64,000 nucleotides of DNA from Candidatus Kaiserbacteria bacterium (GTDB lineage Bacteria; Patescibacteriota; Minisyncoccia; Phycocordibacterales; UBA2100). Under the pieces are notes generated by a model that was given only the letters and a program-made list of their open reading frames with translations, ran no database searches and had not been told where the DNA came from. Below, piece after piece: positions 20,131-29,261 of this stretch; position 1 is the stretch's first letter; every line of letters starts with the position of its first letter. The stretch covers positions 271,656 to 335,655 of the forward strand of contig JACRFK010000003.1 in the NCBI GenBank assembly GCA_016217925.1. Direction: 5' to 3'. Position numbers and translations under genes: made by a program.

Positions 20131-20204
20131 TTTTTAATTTTGCAATTTTCAAATTGGAACATTGAAAATTGATTGATAATTGTAAATTGGTAATTGAAAA
20201 TTCA

Positions 20205-23200
20205 TTACATGGAGCCACCCTTGAACTCAATATCGATTCCCAACCCCCGAAGGTGCCGTACAAGCACGTTAAAGGTTGCGGGTGTGTTCGATTCTTCTAT
20301 CCGCTTGCCTGAGACTATCGCATCGAAGGCGGCGGAGCGGCCGAGGATGTCGTCGGATTTGATGGTGAGTATTTCGCGTAAGCTGTATGCGGCGCCGTAG
20401 CCCAAGAATGCCCAGACTTCCATTTCCCCCACGCGCTGACCGCCGTTCTGCGCTTTGCCGCCGAGCGGCTGTTGTGTCGTAAGCGAGTACGGACCGATGG
20501 AGCGCATGTGTATCTTGTCTTCCACCATATGGTGGAGCTTGAGCATGTACATGACGCCGACGGATACCGGCTGTGCGAAGGCCTCGCCCGTGCGACCGTC
20601 GAAGAGGACGCGCTTGCCAGTCTCCGAAACGCCCGCTTTCGCAAGCTCGCCGCGGATCTCTTCTTCGGTCGCGCCCGCAAACGACGGCACCACGGCCTGA
20701 TAGCCGAGCATGTCCGCCGCGAGCCCGAGATGGAGCTCAAGGATCTGGCCCAAGTTCATACGCGAAGGCACGCCGAGCGGGGTCAAGATGATGTCAACGG
20801 GATTTCCTTGCTCATCGAACGGCATATCTTCTTCCGGCAAGATGCGGGAAATAACGCCCTTGTTGCCGTGACGGCCTGCGAGCTTGTCGCCGACCGATAT
20901 GGTCCGCAATTGTGCGACTTCGATGTGGACTCTTTTTATAACACCTGATTCCAATTGATCGCCCGTCTCGCGCGAAAATACTTTGACGCCGATGACGCGA
21001 CCGCGCTTGCCGCCTTCCATTCGGAGCGAGGTGTCTTTCACGTCCTTCGCTTTCTCGCCGAATATCGCGTGCAGGAGGCGCTCTTCCGGAGTGAGCTGTG
21101 TCTCGCCTTTCGGAGTGACTTTGCCGACCAGGATATCGCCCGAGCGCACTTCGGCGCCGATGCGGATAACACCGTCCTCATCGAGGTTACGGAGCTTGAA
21201 TTCGCTGACGTTGGGGATGTCGTGGGTCGTGACTTCCGCACCAAGCTTCGTATCGCGGACGACACAGATGAATTCCTCCATATGAATAGAGGTGAAGCGC
21301 GCTTCCTTCGCGAGCTTCTCGGAAATAACGATGGCGTCTTCGAAGTTAGCACCGAACCACGGCAAGAACGCCACACGGACATTCTGTCCGATGGCGAGCT
21401 GACCGCCGACCGACGTCGAGGTGTCAGCAAGTACCGTACCCTTCTTCACCGAATCTCCGACGGAAACGAGGGGGCGCTGGTGGAACGTCGTAAAGCCGTT
21501 GGTGCGGGAAAAATTGACGAGCGGATGTTCTTTGGTCTTGCCCTCACTGTTCTTGACCTTGATCATAGACGCATCAGCGTATGTCACTTCGCCCGCTTCT
21601 TCTGCGATGACGAGGCGGCCGGAATCGCGTGCGGCGGCAGCTTCAACGCCGGTCGCGACGACCGGAGCCTCAGGCACCACGAGCGGCACCGCCTGTTTTT
21701 GCATGTTCGAACCCATGAGCGCACGGTTGGCGTCGTCGTTCTCGACGAACGGAATGAGCGAGGTGGCGACGGAGAACGGCTGGTTGGTCGCGACTTCCAT
21801 GAACTCCACCTGCTCGCGTTTTACGAGCGTCGGATTCCCTTCGCGGCGCACTTCCACCATTTTGGGTGTGAGGTGGCCCGATCCATCGCGCGGGATGCCG
21901 GCGTGAGCGATAGCGTATTGTTCTTCTTCAAGCGCGTTCAGATATTTGATCTCTTTGGTGACGACCCCCTTCTCGACTTTGGCATACGGAGTCTCGATGA
22001 TGCCGAATTCGTTGGGGCGCGCGTAGAGCGACATGTGGAGCACGAGTCCGATGTTCTTACCTTCCGGTGTGTGAATGGGGCAGACGCGGCCGTAGTGCGA
22101 GGAGTGGACGTCGCGCACCTCGAGGCCTGCGCGCTCCGATGTGAGGCCGCCGCGGCCGAGTGTCGAGAGCGTGCGGAGATGTTCTATTTCGTCGAGCGTA
22201 TTGTATTGCTGCATGAGCTGCGAAAGTTGGTCGGTCGTGAAGAATTCGCGGATAGCGGCCTGGAACGGTCGCGGATTGACGAACGAGACTGGATTGGTCG
22301 TCTCGGCATCCACCATCGCCATGCGGTCCTGAATATTGCGCTTCATGCGGGAGAGGCCCACGCGCATGCGACCCTCCAAGAGCTCGCCTGCGAATCGGAC
22401 GCGGCGGAAGCCCAGGTGATCGATGTCGTCGGAGACCGCCGCAGGGTCCGCGTTCAACTCCGAGATGTGCGTGATGATGCGGACGACGTCGGCGAGCGAA
22501 AGGGTGGCGTGGGCAAGGTCTTTCTCAGAGGTACCGAGCCCGAAGCGGCGGTTGAAATGGAAGCGTCCGACGCGCGAGAAATCGTAGCGATCGGGCGAAA
22601 GAATAGAGGCGACGTGATCGCGCGCGCTTTCGGGTGTGGCGATATCCCCGTCGCGCAAACGGCGGTAAATCTCGACAAAAGCCTCCTCAGGCGTGTGCGC
22701 GTGGTCGTGGCCGAGGGTCGCTGCTATCGCATCGCGGGCAAGCGGCGATTTCTCGAATTGGGCGAGAATCTCCTTTTCGCTCCCGAGGCCCAAGACGCGC
22801 AAGAGCGACGTTACGGGAAATCGGCGTTTGCGGTCAACTTTGACGTAAATGCCGCCGTCGGCATCGGATTCTATCTCTATCCATACGCCGCGTGCGGGGA
22901 TGATCTTCGCAGCAAAATAATTCTTGCCTTTGTAGGGTATTGATTCAAAGAAAACACCGTACGAGCGCGCGAGCTGCGGTACGACGATGCGTTCGACGCC
23001 GTTGATGACAAAAGTGCCGTGCGGAGTCATCCACGGGAAATCGGCGAGGAATATCTCTTGCTCTTTTTCTTCTCCGGTCGTTTTGTTCTTGAGGCGTACC
23101 ACCATGGAAAGCGGCGATTCGTAGGTCTTCATCGCGCGCTTCGCGTACTGCTCGTCCCAGCGCAATTCGCCGAACGAGAATTTGACGAGCTTGAGCTCGA

Positions 23201-23378
23201 ATTTCTTGCCGGAGTGGTCGGAGATGGGGGAAAATTCCTTGAACACACGCTCGGCGCCTCCCGCGACGAAGTCGTGGAACGACTTTATCTGTGCCTCGAC
23301 GAGGCTCGGAAATTTCACCAGCGGCTCCTGAAATTTCCCGAAGTACTTCTGCGGTCGCACGAGCTTAGATTTTGCCAT
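20205..23378 (-). CDS. rpoB: DNA-directed RNA polymerase beta subunit
   Basis: Conserved RpoB blocks, e.g. GDKLAGRHGNKGVISRILP and NMQKQAVPL. Confidence 0.95.
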   Translation of the reverse strand: MAKSKLVRPQKYFGKFQEPLVKFPSLVEAQIKSFHDFVAGGAERVFKEFSPISDHSGKKFELKLVKFSFGELRWDEQYAKRAMKTYESPLSMVVRLKNKTTGEEKEQEIFLADFPWMTPHGTFVINGVERIVVPQLARSYGVFFESIPYKGKNYFAAKIIPARGVWIEIESDADGGIYVKVDRKRRFPVTSLLRVLGLGSEKEILAQFEKSPLARDAIAATLGHDHAHTPEEAFVEIYRRLRDGDIATPESARDHVASILSPDRYDFSRVGRFHFNRRFGLGTSEKDLAHATLSLADVVRIITHISELNADPAAVSDDIDHLGFRRVRFAGELLEGRMRVGLSRMKRNIQDRMAMVDAETTNPVSFVNPRPFQAAIREFFTTDQLSQLMQQYNTLDEIEHLRTLSTLGRGGLTSERAGLEVRDVHSSHYGRVCPIHTPEGKNIGLVLHMSLYARPNEFGIIETPYAKVEKGVVTKEIKYLNALEEEQYAIAHAGIPRDGSGHLTPKMVEVRREGNPTLVKREQVEFMEVATNQPFSVATSLIPFVENDDANRALMGSNMQKQAVPLVVPEAPVVATGVEAAAARDSGRLVIAEEAGEVTYADASMIKVKNSEGKTKEHPLVNFSRTNGFTTFHQRPLVSVGDSVKKGTVLADTSTSVGGQLAIGQNVRVAFLPWFGANFEDAIVISEKLAKEARFTSIHMEEFICVVRDTKLGAEVTTHDIPNVSEFKLRNLDEDGVIRIGAEVRSGDILVGKVTPKGETQLTPEERLLHAIFGEKAKDVKDTSLRMEGGKRGRVIGVKVFSRETGDQLESGVIKRVHIEVAQLRTISVGDKLAGRHGNKGVISRILPEEDMPFDEQGNPVDIILTPLGVPSRMNLGQILELHLGLAADMLGYQAVVPSFAGATEEEIRGELAKAGVSETGKRVLFDGRTGEAFAQPVSVGVMYMLKLHHMVEDKIHMRSIGPYSLTTQQPLGGKAQNGGQRVGEMEVWAFLGYGAAYSLREILTIKSDDILGRSAAFDAIVSGKRIEESNTPATFNVLVRHLRGLGIDIEFKGGSM

Positions 23379-23582
23379 GTTGCAACAAGATAACCTGGCG
23401 ACGCTTTCGCGTCGTAGGTAAAAATCTTTATTAGCTTTATAAAAAGGCTTCCCCGAACCAAACCCTTTTACTAAAAGCGCAACCGCAACTCAATCAGCTA
23501 GTAGCAAATGTCCGCGGAGTGTACCACATGACGGTCAACCCTCAACCTTGACAGACGCCATCGAGTATTGTATATCCCTAAT

Positions 23583-23605
23583 CTCCGAGGGTTTAACCTC
23601 CCAAG
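23583..23605 (+). repeat. REP-like hairpin (degenerate) CTCCGAGGGTTTAACCTCCCAAG
   Basis: Shares the GGTTTAACCTCC core with the RAYT-flanking REPs. Confidence 0.45.
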
Positions 23606-23625
23606 TAGAATAATGATGTGCGCCT

Positions 23626-24030
23626 TCAAAGCGCGAGCCACACAGCAAGAAGTAGGAAAATTAGAGCGATGCCGACCATTAGTCCCGTTCCGATGTTCGT
23701 ACTCGACTCGATTATTTTCGAAGATCTCCACCAACTTGATTTGAAGAAATATACAGATAAGAGTCCATAGAGTAGTGCTCCTCCGATGACAACATATAGT
23801 CTAGTTACCGCCGAATCGTACTGTATTTGGTAGTATAAGGTAAACAAAAGTGCTGCGAATCCGACCACAGATAGCAATATCCATTGCGTGTTACTGTATA
23901 CAATGGGCGTCACTTTCTGCCCAGACGCTTTCGGCACAAGCCACTTGCCCAGCCTCCTTTGGTAATATGCAACTAATAAGAGAAGCAGCGCCATCGGCAC
24001 CAAAATTCCAGGTAGATCCCAGTCCCACAT
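23626..24030 (-). CDS. Hypothetical membrane protein
   Basis: Four predicted TM helices. Lies in the lower-GC REPtron neighbourhood. Confidence 0.4.
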   Translation of the reverse strand: MWDWDLPGILVPMALLLLLVAYYQRRLGKWLVPKASGQKVTPIVYSNTQWILLSVVGFAALLFTLYYQIQYDSAVTRLYVVIGGALLYGLLSVYFFKSSWWRSSKIIESSTNIGTGLMVGIALIFLLLAVWLAL

Positions 24031-24113
24031 GCGTGGATTCTACAGGACAAACTCATTTTACGGGAGGCGTCACGAGTAAAGTGGGGATATTGTACTAAGT
24101 ACTCATTAAGTCT

Positions 24114-24851
24114 CGTTAATATTGGGAGGTTAAACCTCCGGAGATTCGTGGTAATCTTTCAGGATGGCAACACGTGCACCATGCGTGACGGAAGAATGGT
24201 ACCACTGTTACAACAGAGGCGTTGATAAACGGAAGGTTTTCGAGTCAAAAGCTGACTACGAACGCTTTATGGGGCTTTTATATGTTTCAAATGGAGATAG
24301 GACTGAGGCAATCTCGGACAGATATCGGAGAGATTTCCCCTCCCTCCTTGCAGAGGACCCGAAGGATCGGGGTGAGCCTCTCGTGGATATTGCCGCTTTT
24401 TCGCTGATGCCGACCCATGTGCACTTCGTGCTGCAACAACTTCAAGACGGAGGGATAGCACGATTCATGCAGAAAATATTTACCGCCTACACGATGCACT
24501 TCAATGCGAGGCGCGAGCGGACAGGAGCCTTGTTCGCGGGTACGTACAAAACGAAACATATCGACGATGACCGGTACCTCAAGAAAGTGATTCCGTACGT
24601 TATTTTGAACCCTGCGGAGTTGTTTGAACCGAAATGGAAACAAGGAAAATGCGATATCGGAAAGATGCGCACACAATTATTGGAATATCCGTACTCAAGT
24701 GTGAAAGAGTTCTTCAACAAAGATGCAACGGCCCAGAAAATTACCGGCGCAGGTATACGGGAATACTTTGACCGAATGCCCAATCTGACGGAAATGCTTG
24801 AAGACGCCCGCGACTACTACCGCGAGTATTCTCCGGAGGTTTAACCTCCGG
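24114..24851 (+). mobile_element. REPtron: REP hairpin + RAYT/IS200-like Y1 transposase gene + REP hairpin
   Basis: GGGAGGTTAAACCTCCGGAG at 24114-24133. Perfect 10-bp-stem hairpin CTCCGGAGGTTTAACCTCCGGAG at 24829-24851, which supplies the TAA stops of both convergent genes (RAYT and trmD). Confidence 0.65.
24164..24844 (+). CDS. REP-associated tyrosine transposase / IS200-like HuH Y1 transposase
   Basis: HuH motif LMPTHVHFVLQQ; catalytic Tyr block TGALFAGTYKTKHI; N-terminal WYHCYNRGVDKRKVF; C-terminal YVILNP. No TnpB partner. Confidence 0.75.
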   Translation: MATRAPCVTEEWYHCYNRGVDKRKVFESKADYERFMGLLYVSNGDRTEAISDRYRRDFPSLLAEDPKDRGEPLVDIAAFSLMPTHVHFVLQQLQDGGIARFMQKIFTAYTMHFNARRERTGALFAGTYKTKHIDDDRYLKKVIPYVILNPAELFEPKWKQGKCDIGKMRTQLLEYPYSSVKEFFNKDATAQKITGAGIREYFDRMPNLTEMLEDARDYYREYSPEV

Positions 24852-25548
24852 AGTTTTTGCGCCCTTTCTTCCACTTCTCTATTTCAGCGTGATTACCCGA
24901 GAGTAGGACCTTGGGAACGCGGTGTTTTCTTCCCTTCCATTCAAGCACTTCGGGGCGCGTATAGACTTCCGGGCTGGATACGCGACTCGCTTCCAGAGAT
25001 TCGGCTTTGCCCAAGACTCCTGGGACGTGCCGGGAAATGGCGTCTATCAGTGTTGTTGCAGGAAGCTCGCCGCCCGTAAGCACGTACGGGCCGACTGAGA
25101 CCTTCTTGGCCTTTCCTCCGAAGGAGGATCCGCCTCCGGCGGACAATACTTTAAAGACCCGCGCATCCACACCCTCATAGTGTCCGCAGATAAATAGAAC
25201 GTCTTTTTTCTTCGAAAGTTTCTTCGCCATCGCTTCATCGAATAATGCGCCGTCAGTCGCGAAGAATATCTTCTCCACTCCCTTCTTATTCCCTATCGCT
25301 TTCTTTACCGCGTTCAACATCGGCTCGGGCCGCAAAACCATACCTGGCCCTCCCCCGTACGGCCGACGATCCACGCGCATATCTTGCGTGCGGGAACTCT
25401 TGCCAATGAATCTTTTGGGGTCGTAGTAGGAAATCTTTATTTTCTTCGCGGCGATAGCACGACCAATGATAGAAGCCTTGAGATACGGCTCGATTGATTC
25501 CGGAAACAAAGTGATGATGTGAAAGTGAATCATAGTCCGCATTTCCAA
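24841..25548 (-). CDS. trmD: tRNA (guanine37-N1)-methyltransferase with in-frame mini-element
   Basis: SPOUT/TrmD motifs (IIGRAI..., ICGHYEGVD, GPYVLTGGELPA). Insertion SAGGGSSFGGKAKK at 25111-25148. C-terminal NSGG-stop is encoded by the REP hairpin. Confidence 0.85.
   Translation of the reverse strand: MEMRTMIHFHIITLFPESIEPYLKASIIGRAIAAKKIKISYYDPKRFIGKSSRTQDMRVDRRPYGGGPGMVLRPEPMLNAVKKAIGNKKGVEKIFFATDGALFDEAMAKKLSKKKDVLFICGHYEGVDARVFKVLSAGGGSSFGGKAKKVSVGPYVLTGGELPATTLIDAISRHVPGVLGKAESLEASRVSSPEVYTRPEVLEWKGRKHRVPKVLLSGNHAEIEKWKKGRKNSGG
25111..25148 (+). repeat. Family A mini-element copy in trmD
   Basis: ctttcctccgaaggaggatccgcctccggcggacaatac. Confidence 0.75.
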
Positions 25549-25575
25549 CTACTCTCCTCCCTAGCGCGAGGCGAC

Positions 25576-25657
25576 GGCGTTTTTTGCAGACCCCGCAGCC
25601 GACGGGCGAGGACAGAGCGATTTTTTAGCAAAAAAATCGCGTTCTGCAAAAAACGCC
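25576..25657. promoter_or_regulatory. Nested palindromic spacer between the KH-domain gene and trmD
   Basis: Outer inverted repeat GGCGTTTTTTGCAG/CTGCAAAAAACGCC encloses a CGATTTTTTAGCAAAAAAATCG hairpin. Confidence 0.3.
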
Positions 25658-25670
25658 GCCGCCGAGCGCC

Positions 25671-26048
25671 CTACTCCCCCTTCAAATCCTTGATGACATC
25701 ATCAACGGTCGTGTCGCGAACGTACGGCTCCGACGGCGCGCTCGGAGCCGAAGAAGGTCGCTCGCCGCTGCGGTCCGGGGCCATGCCCTGTCCGCGTTCA
25801 CTTCCCTCCGGTTCTTCGATCTTCAAATTCACTCGCGCATCGTTCTTCATGCCGACGACGCGCAAAACGGTGCGGATGGCCTTGGCAGTCGCGCCCGAGC
25901 GGCCGATGACCTTGCCCATGTCGTCCTTGTGCACCGAGAGCGTGAGAAGCACGCCCATCTCATCAACAGTGCGTGTTATCTTTACGTCCTCCGGGTGATC
26001 TGCTAAAGCCTTTACTACGTACTCTAGAAACTGCTGATCTTGTTCCAT
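25671..26048 (-). CDS. KH-domain RNA-binding protein (YlqC/UPF0109-like) with acidic C-terminal tail
   Basis: KDDMGKVIGRSGATAKAIRTVLRVVG; conserved position after rpsP. Confidence 0.7.
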   Translation of the reverse strand: MEQDQQFLEYVVKALADHPEDVKITRTVDEMGVLLTLSVHKDDMGKVIGRSGATAKAIRTVLRVVGMKNDARVNLKIEEPEGSERGQGMAPDRSGERPSSAPSAPSEPYVRDTTVDDVIKDLKGE

Positions 26049-26137
26049 ATCTGTCTTGCTATCTTCTAATAGAGACCGTCAGTATACCCCGCCTGCGCAG
26101 GCAGGCAAAACTACACCTGCTTCGCCCGTCCGTAGCT

Positions 26138-26539
26138 TTATGCGGAGGAGGGGGCTGGAGCTTCTGCGGCTGCTTCCTCCTTTTTTGGCTCTTCTGCGGC
26201 CTCCTCGGCAGGAGCTTCAGCGGCCGGAGCTACAGGGGCGGCTTCAGCTGCCACTTCTTCTTTAGCAGGCTCTTTGTATTTAGGAAGAACGTTTATCTTC
26301 TTTGCGTCGATGACTTTCAGCGATACGAGCATGTTGTGGACGGTGGCGGACGGCTGTGCGCCGACTGATATCCAGTACTTGATGCGCTCCGTGTTGAGTA
26401 CCCGCTTCTTGCTCTTGGGGTCGTAGGTGCCCACTTTGTCGACAAATTTTCCGGCCTTCGGGCTCGCGGTGTGTTCTACCACGACAATGCGGTAAGAAGG
26501 CGTATTGATGCGCCCGGTGCGTTGCATTCGTATCTTCAA
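26138..26539 (-). CDS. rpsP: 30S ribosomal protein S16 with Ala/Glu-rich C-terminal extension
   Basis: MLKIRMQRTGRINTPSYRIVVVEHTASPKAGKFVDKVGTYDP. Start taken at the internal Met of the ORF-track frame. Confidence 0.8.
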   Translation of the reverse strand: MKIRMQRTGRINTPSYRIVVVEHTASPKAGKFVDKVGTYDPKSKKRVLNTERIKYWISVGAQPSATVHNMLVSLKVIDAKKINVLPKYKEPAKEEVAAEAAPVAPAAEAPAEEAAEEPKKEEAAAEAPAPSSA

Positions 26540-26925
26540 CATAACTTGCCCCGTTAGATAATCAGATAATATTTGGCTAAGAGTCCAAAACTTGCACACC
26601 CCGAATAGTTTTCCCAGCAGCGTTAGATAGTCCGTATCTAACTGGGGTGTCGCGACACTCTAACAAACATTGACCCTCGACGCAATCTCTGTTTGACTGC
26701 TGTGGGAACCGGAGGGAGGTGAACCCAAATGAGTCCATTGACCTTGGCTCTGCTGCTGACGCCCATCCCGGCGGCCTTGCAGGCTTTCGGCTGGCTGTGA
26801 GCCAACGCGGCTGTCCGTACCAATTGCGGACAGCCGTCGTCTTTCATTTTGCAACCCGCTCCGCCTCTTCGAGTTTGACCCCGATGGAAAGCTTCGCTTC
26901 CAACGGGGCAGGCCGACAACAACGA

Positions 26926-29142
26926 CTACTTAGCGACCATTTCAGCTTCTTCTAACTTAACGGAGAGAAGTTTGGAAACCCCGTCCTGCCCCATGGTGAC
27001 ACCGTAGAGTTCACCGGCGGCACTCATCGTGGCCCTGTTGTGCGTAATGACGATGAGCTGCGACTTCACTCCCAACTCCTTTATCATGTCGGCGTAGCGG
27101 CGCGAGTTGGCCTCGTCGAGCGCGGCGTCCGTCTCGTCCAAAATAAGGAACGGCGGGGGATTCACTTGGCTCATAGAAAAGATGAGCGCGATGGAGGTGA
27201 GCGCGCGCTCTCCGCCGGAGAGCACGTCAAGTCCGCGGATTTTCTTGCGGGGGAGTGCGACGTCGATGGAAAGGCCGGCATACAACTCTTCCTCCTCGTC
27301 CAGAAATCCTTCCTCGTCGCCCTCGTCGATATCTTCGCCTCTGCCGCGTTTGATGCGACGAGGCTCTTCGACTTCGAGCTTGGCGTGGCCGCCGCCGAAA
27401 AGCTTCGCGAAGAAATTCTGCAACGCGACGTTGATGTGCTTGATGCCTTCGGTAAACCGCGCGTCGATCGTTTTTTCGAGGTCGGCGATGATGTCGTGAA
27501 GTTTCTCCGCCGATGCTTCGAGGTCGGCAAGCTCGCGCGCGAGGAATTCTTCGCGCTCTTTGGTCTGGTTGAATTCCCTCACGACCGCATCCCCGCCCCC
27601 TATCCCCGATTCCTCAATCTTTATTTTGAGGCGTTCTATCTCGCGCCGGCGCTTTTCCTGACGCTGCCGGTCCTCTTCGAGCAACGAACCCTCCGGTATC
27701 TCCGATTTTTCCCAACCGTGCACGGCGGCTCCGATGAGCGCGATGCCCTCGCGCACCTCCTCCTCAAATCTGCTACGAAGCGTGGCGATGTTGGCACGGG
27801 CGGCTTGCACTCCTCCAAGCTTGCTTTGCGCCTCGCGAACACCTGATTCCAATTCCATGAGGTCGCGCTCGGCGGTAAATCCCGCCTCGCGCGCTTCCGC
27901 TATCTTTTTTCGCAAAGTCTCCAACTCGCCCGCCAATGCCGATTCTTGGGTGCGCACGCGCTCAAGCGATTTCGCGAGAGCCTCTACCTGCTGGCGCACC
28001 TCTTCATTGGTCTCGGGTGCTGCGCCGGAGAGGCCTTCGACAAAGGCTTTGATGCGCTCGCGTATCTGTGCGAGTCTGCTTTTGATGGCGGCAATATCAT
28101 TCTCGCGCTCTGTCTCGGCAATAGTTTCCGAGAGCTCGCGCGTGAAGCTCCGCACGTGCGGCACGGGGACTATCTGCTCGACTGTCACCGTGTTGGCCTC
28201 CAAGGCACCCTCGGCGCGACCGAGCTCACGGGTAAGCTGTTCGCTTTCGCGCCGCGCCTCGGAGAGCTTTGCCTCACGCTCAGAGACTTTCCCCTGGAGT
28301 TCGGCAATCACGTGCTCGGCCGAGCCGGAGCGTTTGCCGCGCGCTTCGGCGACGCGGCCGCCCAATTGCTTCAATTCCGATTCTTGCGCCCGCACTTCGT
28401 GGAGCAGCCGCGCGTCCTCCTGCGTTATCCACGCATTTTCACGCGCGAGATATTCATTCAATTTCACCGCGAGCTCATCTTTCATCTCGCGCGCTTTCTC
28501 TATCTTTTCCACCTGCGTACGCAGGAAATTCAGGTGCGGCGCAAGTTCTCTGCGAAGCGACTTGGTCTTATCGATATTCACTCCCGTCTCTGCGAGCTTG
28601 CGTTCGCTTTCAGCTTTTTTGTGCTGGTAGAGTTTGAGGCCGAGCGCGTCTTCCACCATCTCCCGGCGCTCACGGGGAGTGGCATTCAATATGCGGTCCG
28701 CTTCGCCCTGCGAAATTATCTGGTAGCCCGAACCGCCGATATTGGCACCCGCAAGCAGGCGTATCACGTCTTTGAGCCGCACCACCGTCCCATTAAGCAA
28801 GTACTCATTTTGGCCGTCGCGATACACCACGCGCTCCACGGTGACCTCCTTGAAATCGAGGTCCAAAAGGCGTTTGGAATTATCAAAAACGACCTTCGCC
28901 CCCGCGCGATTCATACGCGGCAGTGAAGGCGAGCCGCCCCAGATAAGGTCTTCGCCGCGCTTGGAGCGCATGGATTTCATGGACTGTTCGCCCAAGACGA
29001 AGCGGAATGCCTCGGCGACGTTACTCTTGCCGGAGCCGTTGGGCCCGACGACCGCGGTAATGGGCGAACCGAAAAGCAGTTCGGTCTTTTTGCCGAAGGA
29101 TTTGAATCCCGAAAGCTCGATGGATGTAAGACTGAGGAACAT
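26926..29142 (-). CDS. smc: SMC-like chromosome segregation ATPase (short, ~738 aa)
   Basis: Walker A (GPNGSGKSN), coiled-coil, signature LSGGERALTSIAL, Walker B (FLILDETDAALD). Start at MFLSLTSIELSGFKSF. Confidence 0.75.
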   Translation of the reverse strand: MFLSLTSIELSGFKSFGKKTELLFGSPITAVVGPNGSGKSNVAEAFRFVLGEQSMKSMRSKRGEDLIWGGSPSLPRMNRAGAKVVFDNSKRLLDLDFKEVTVERVVYRDGQNEYLLNGTVVRLKDVIRLLAGANIGGSGYQIISQGEADRILNATPRERREMVEDALGLKLYQHKKAESERKLAETGVNIDKTKSLRRELAPHLNFLRTQVEKIEKAREMKDELAVKLNEYLARENAWITQEDARLLHEVRAQESELKQLGGRVAEARGKRSGSAEHVIAELQGKVSEREAKLSEARRESEQLTRELGRAEGALEANTVTVEQIVPVPHVRSFTRELSETIAETERENDIAAIKSRLAQIRERIKAFVEGLSGAAPETNEEVRQQVEALAKSLERVRTQESALAGELETLRKKIAEAREAGFTAERDLMELESGVREAQSKLGGVQAARANIATLRSRFEEEVREGIALIGAAVHGWEKSEIPEGSLLEEDRQRQEKRRREIERLKIKIEESGIGGGDAVVREFNQTKEREEFLARELADLEASAEKLHDIIADLEKTIDARFTEGIKHINVALQNFFAKLFGGGHAKLEVEEPRRIKRGRGEDIDEGDEEGFLDEEEELYAGLSIDVALPRKKIRGLDVLSGGERALTSIALIFSMSQVNPPPFLILDETDAALDEANSRRYADMIKELGVKSQLIVITHNRATMSAAGELYGVTMGQDGVSKLLSVKLEEAEMVAK

Positions 29143-29261
29143 CCCGTTAGAAGTAGGAAGCTTGCGCTTCCGACTCGTTAGCTGGCGTTGGTAATAACTC
29201 GACCAGTGTAAAGCATACCGCGGATAAACCACGTTTCGAACTTCCGCGACTTCTAACGGGA
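29142..29261. repeat. ~120-bp unit bounded by perfect 13-nt inverted repeats TCCCGTTAGAAGT / ACTTCTAACGGGA at the smc 5' end
   Basis: The left arm overlaps the smc start codon. Related to the CCCCGTTAGAGGC hairpin family. Confidence 0.45.

Noticed and set aside
16312-22943. Long + strand ORFs antisense to rpoC and rpoB (16312..17073, 17251..18684, 18715..20172, 20955..22943 and others)
   Set aside because: They lie wholly inside strongly supported rpoB/rpoC reading frames on the other strand, have no recognisable motifs, and are the expected open antisense frames of high-GC coding DNA.
23548-23580. TTGACA-N17-TATATC promoter-like sequence on the + strand upstream of the degenerate REP
   Set aside because: It points away from rpoB and towards the REPtron region ~600 nt upstream of the transposase gene. 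It could be real but is unsupported, so it is not listed as a feature.
27040-28926. Long antisense ORFs inside smc (27040..27846, 27734..28630, 27946..28926), inside dnaE (33182..34078, 34289..35182, 35306..36187) and inside gyrB (43236..43826, 43759..44349)
   Set aside because: Same reasoning: they are nested in well-supported genes on the opposite strand and are low-complexity Ala/Arg/Ser-rich translations.
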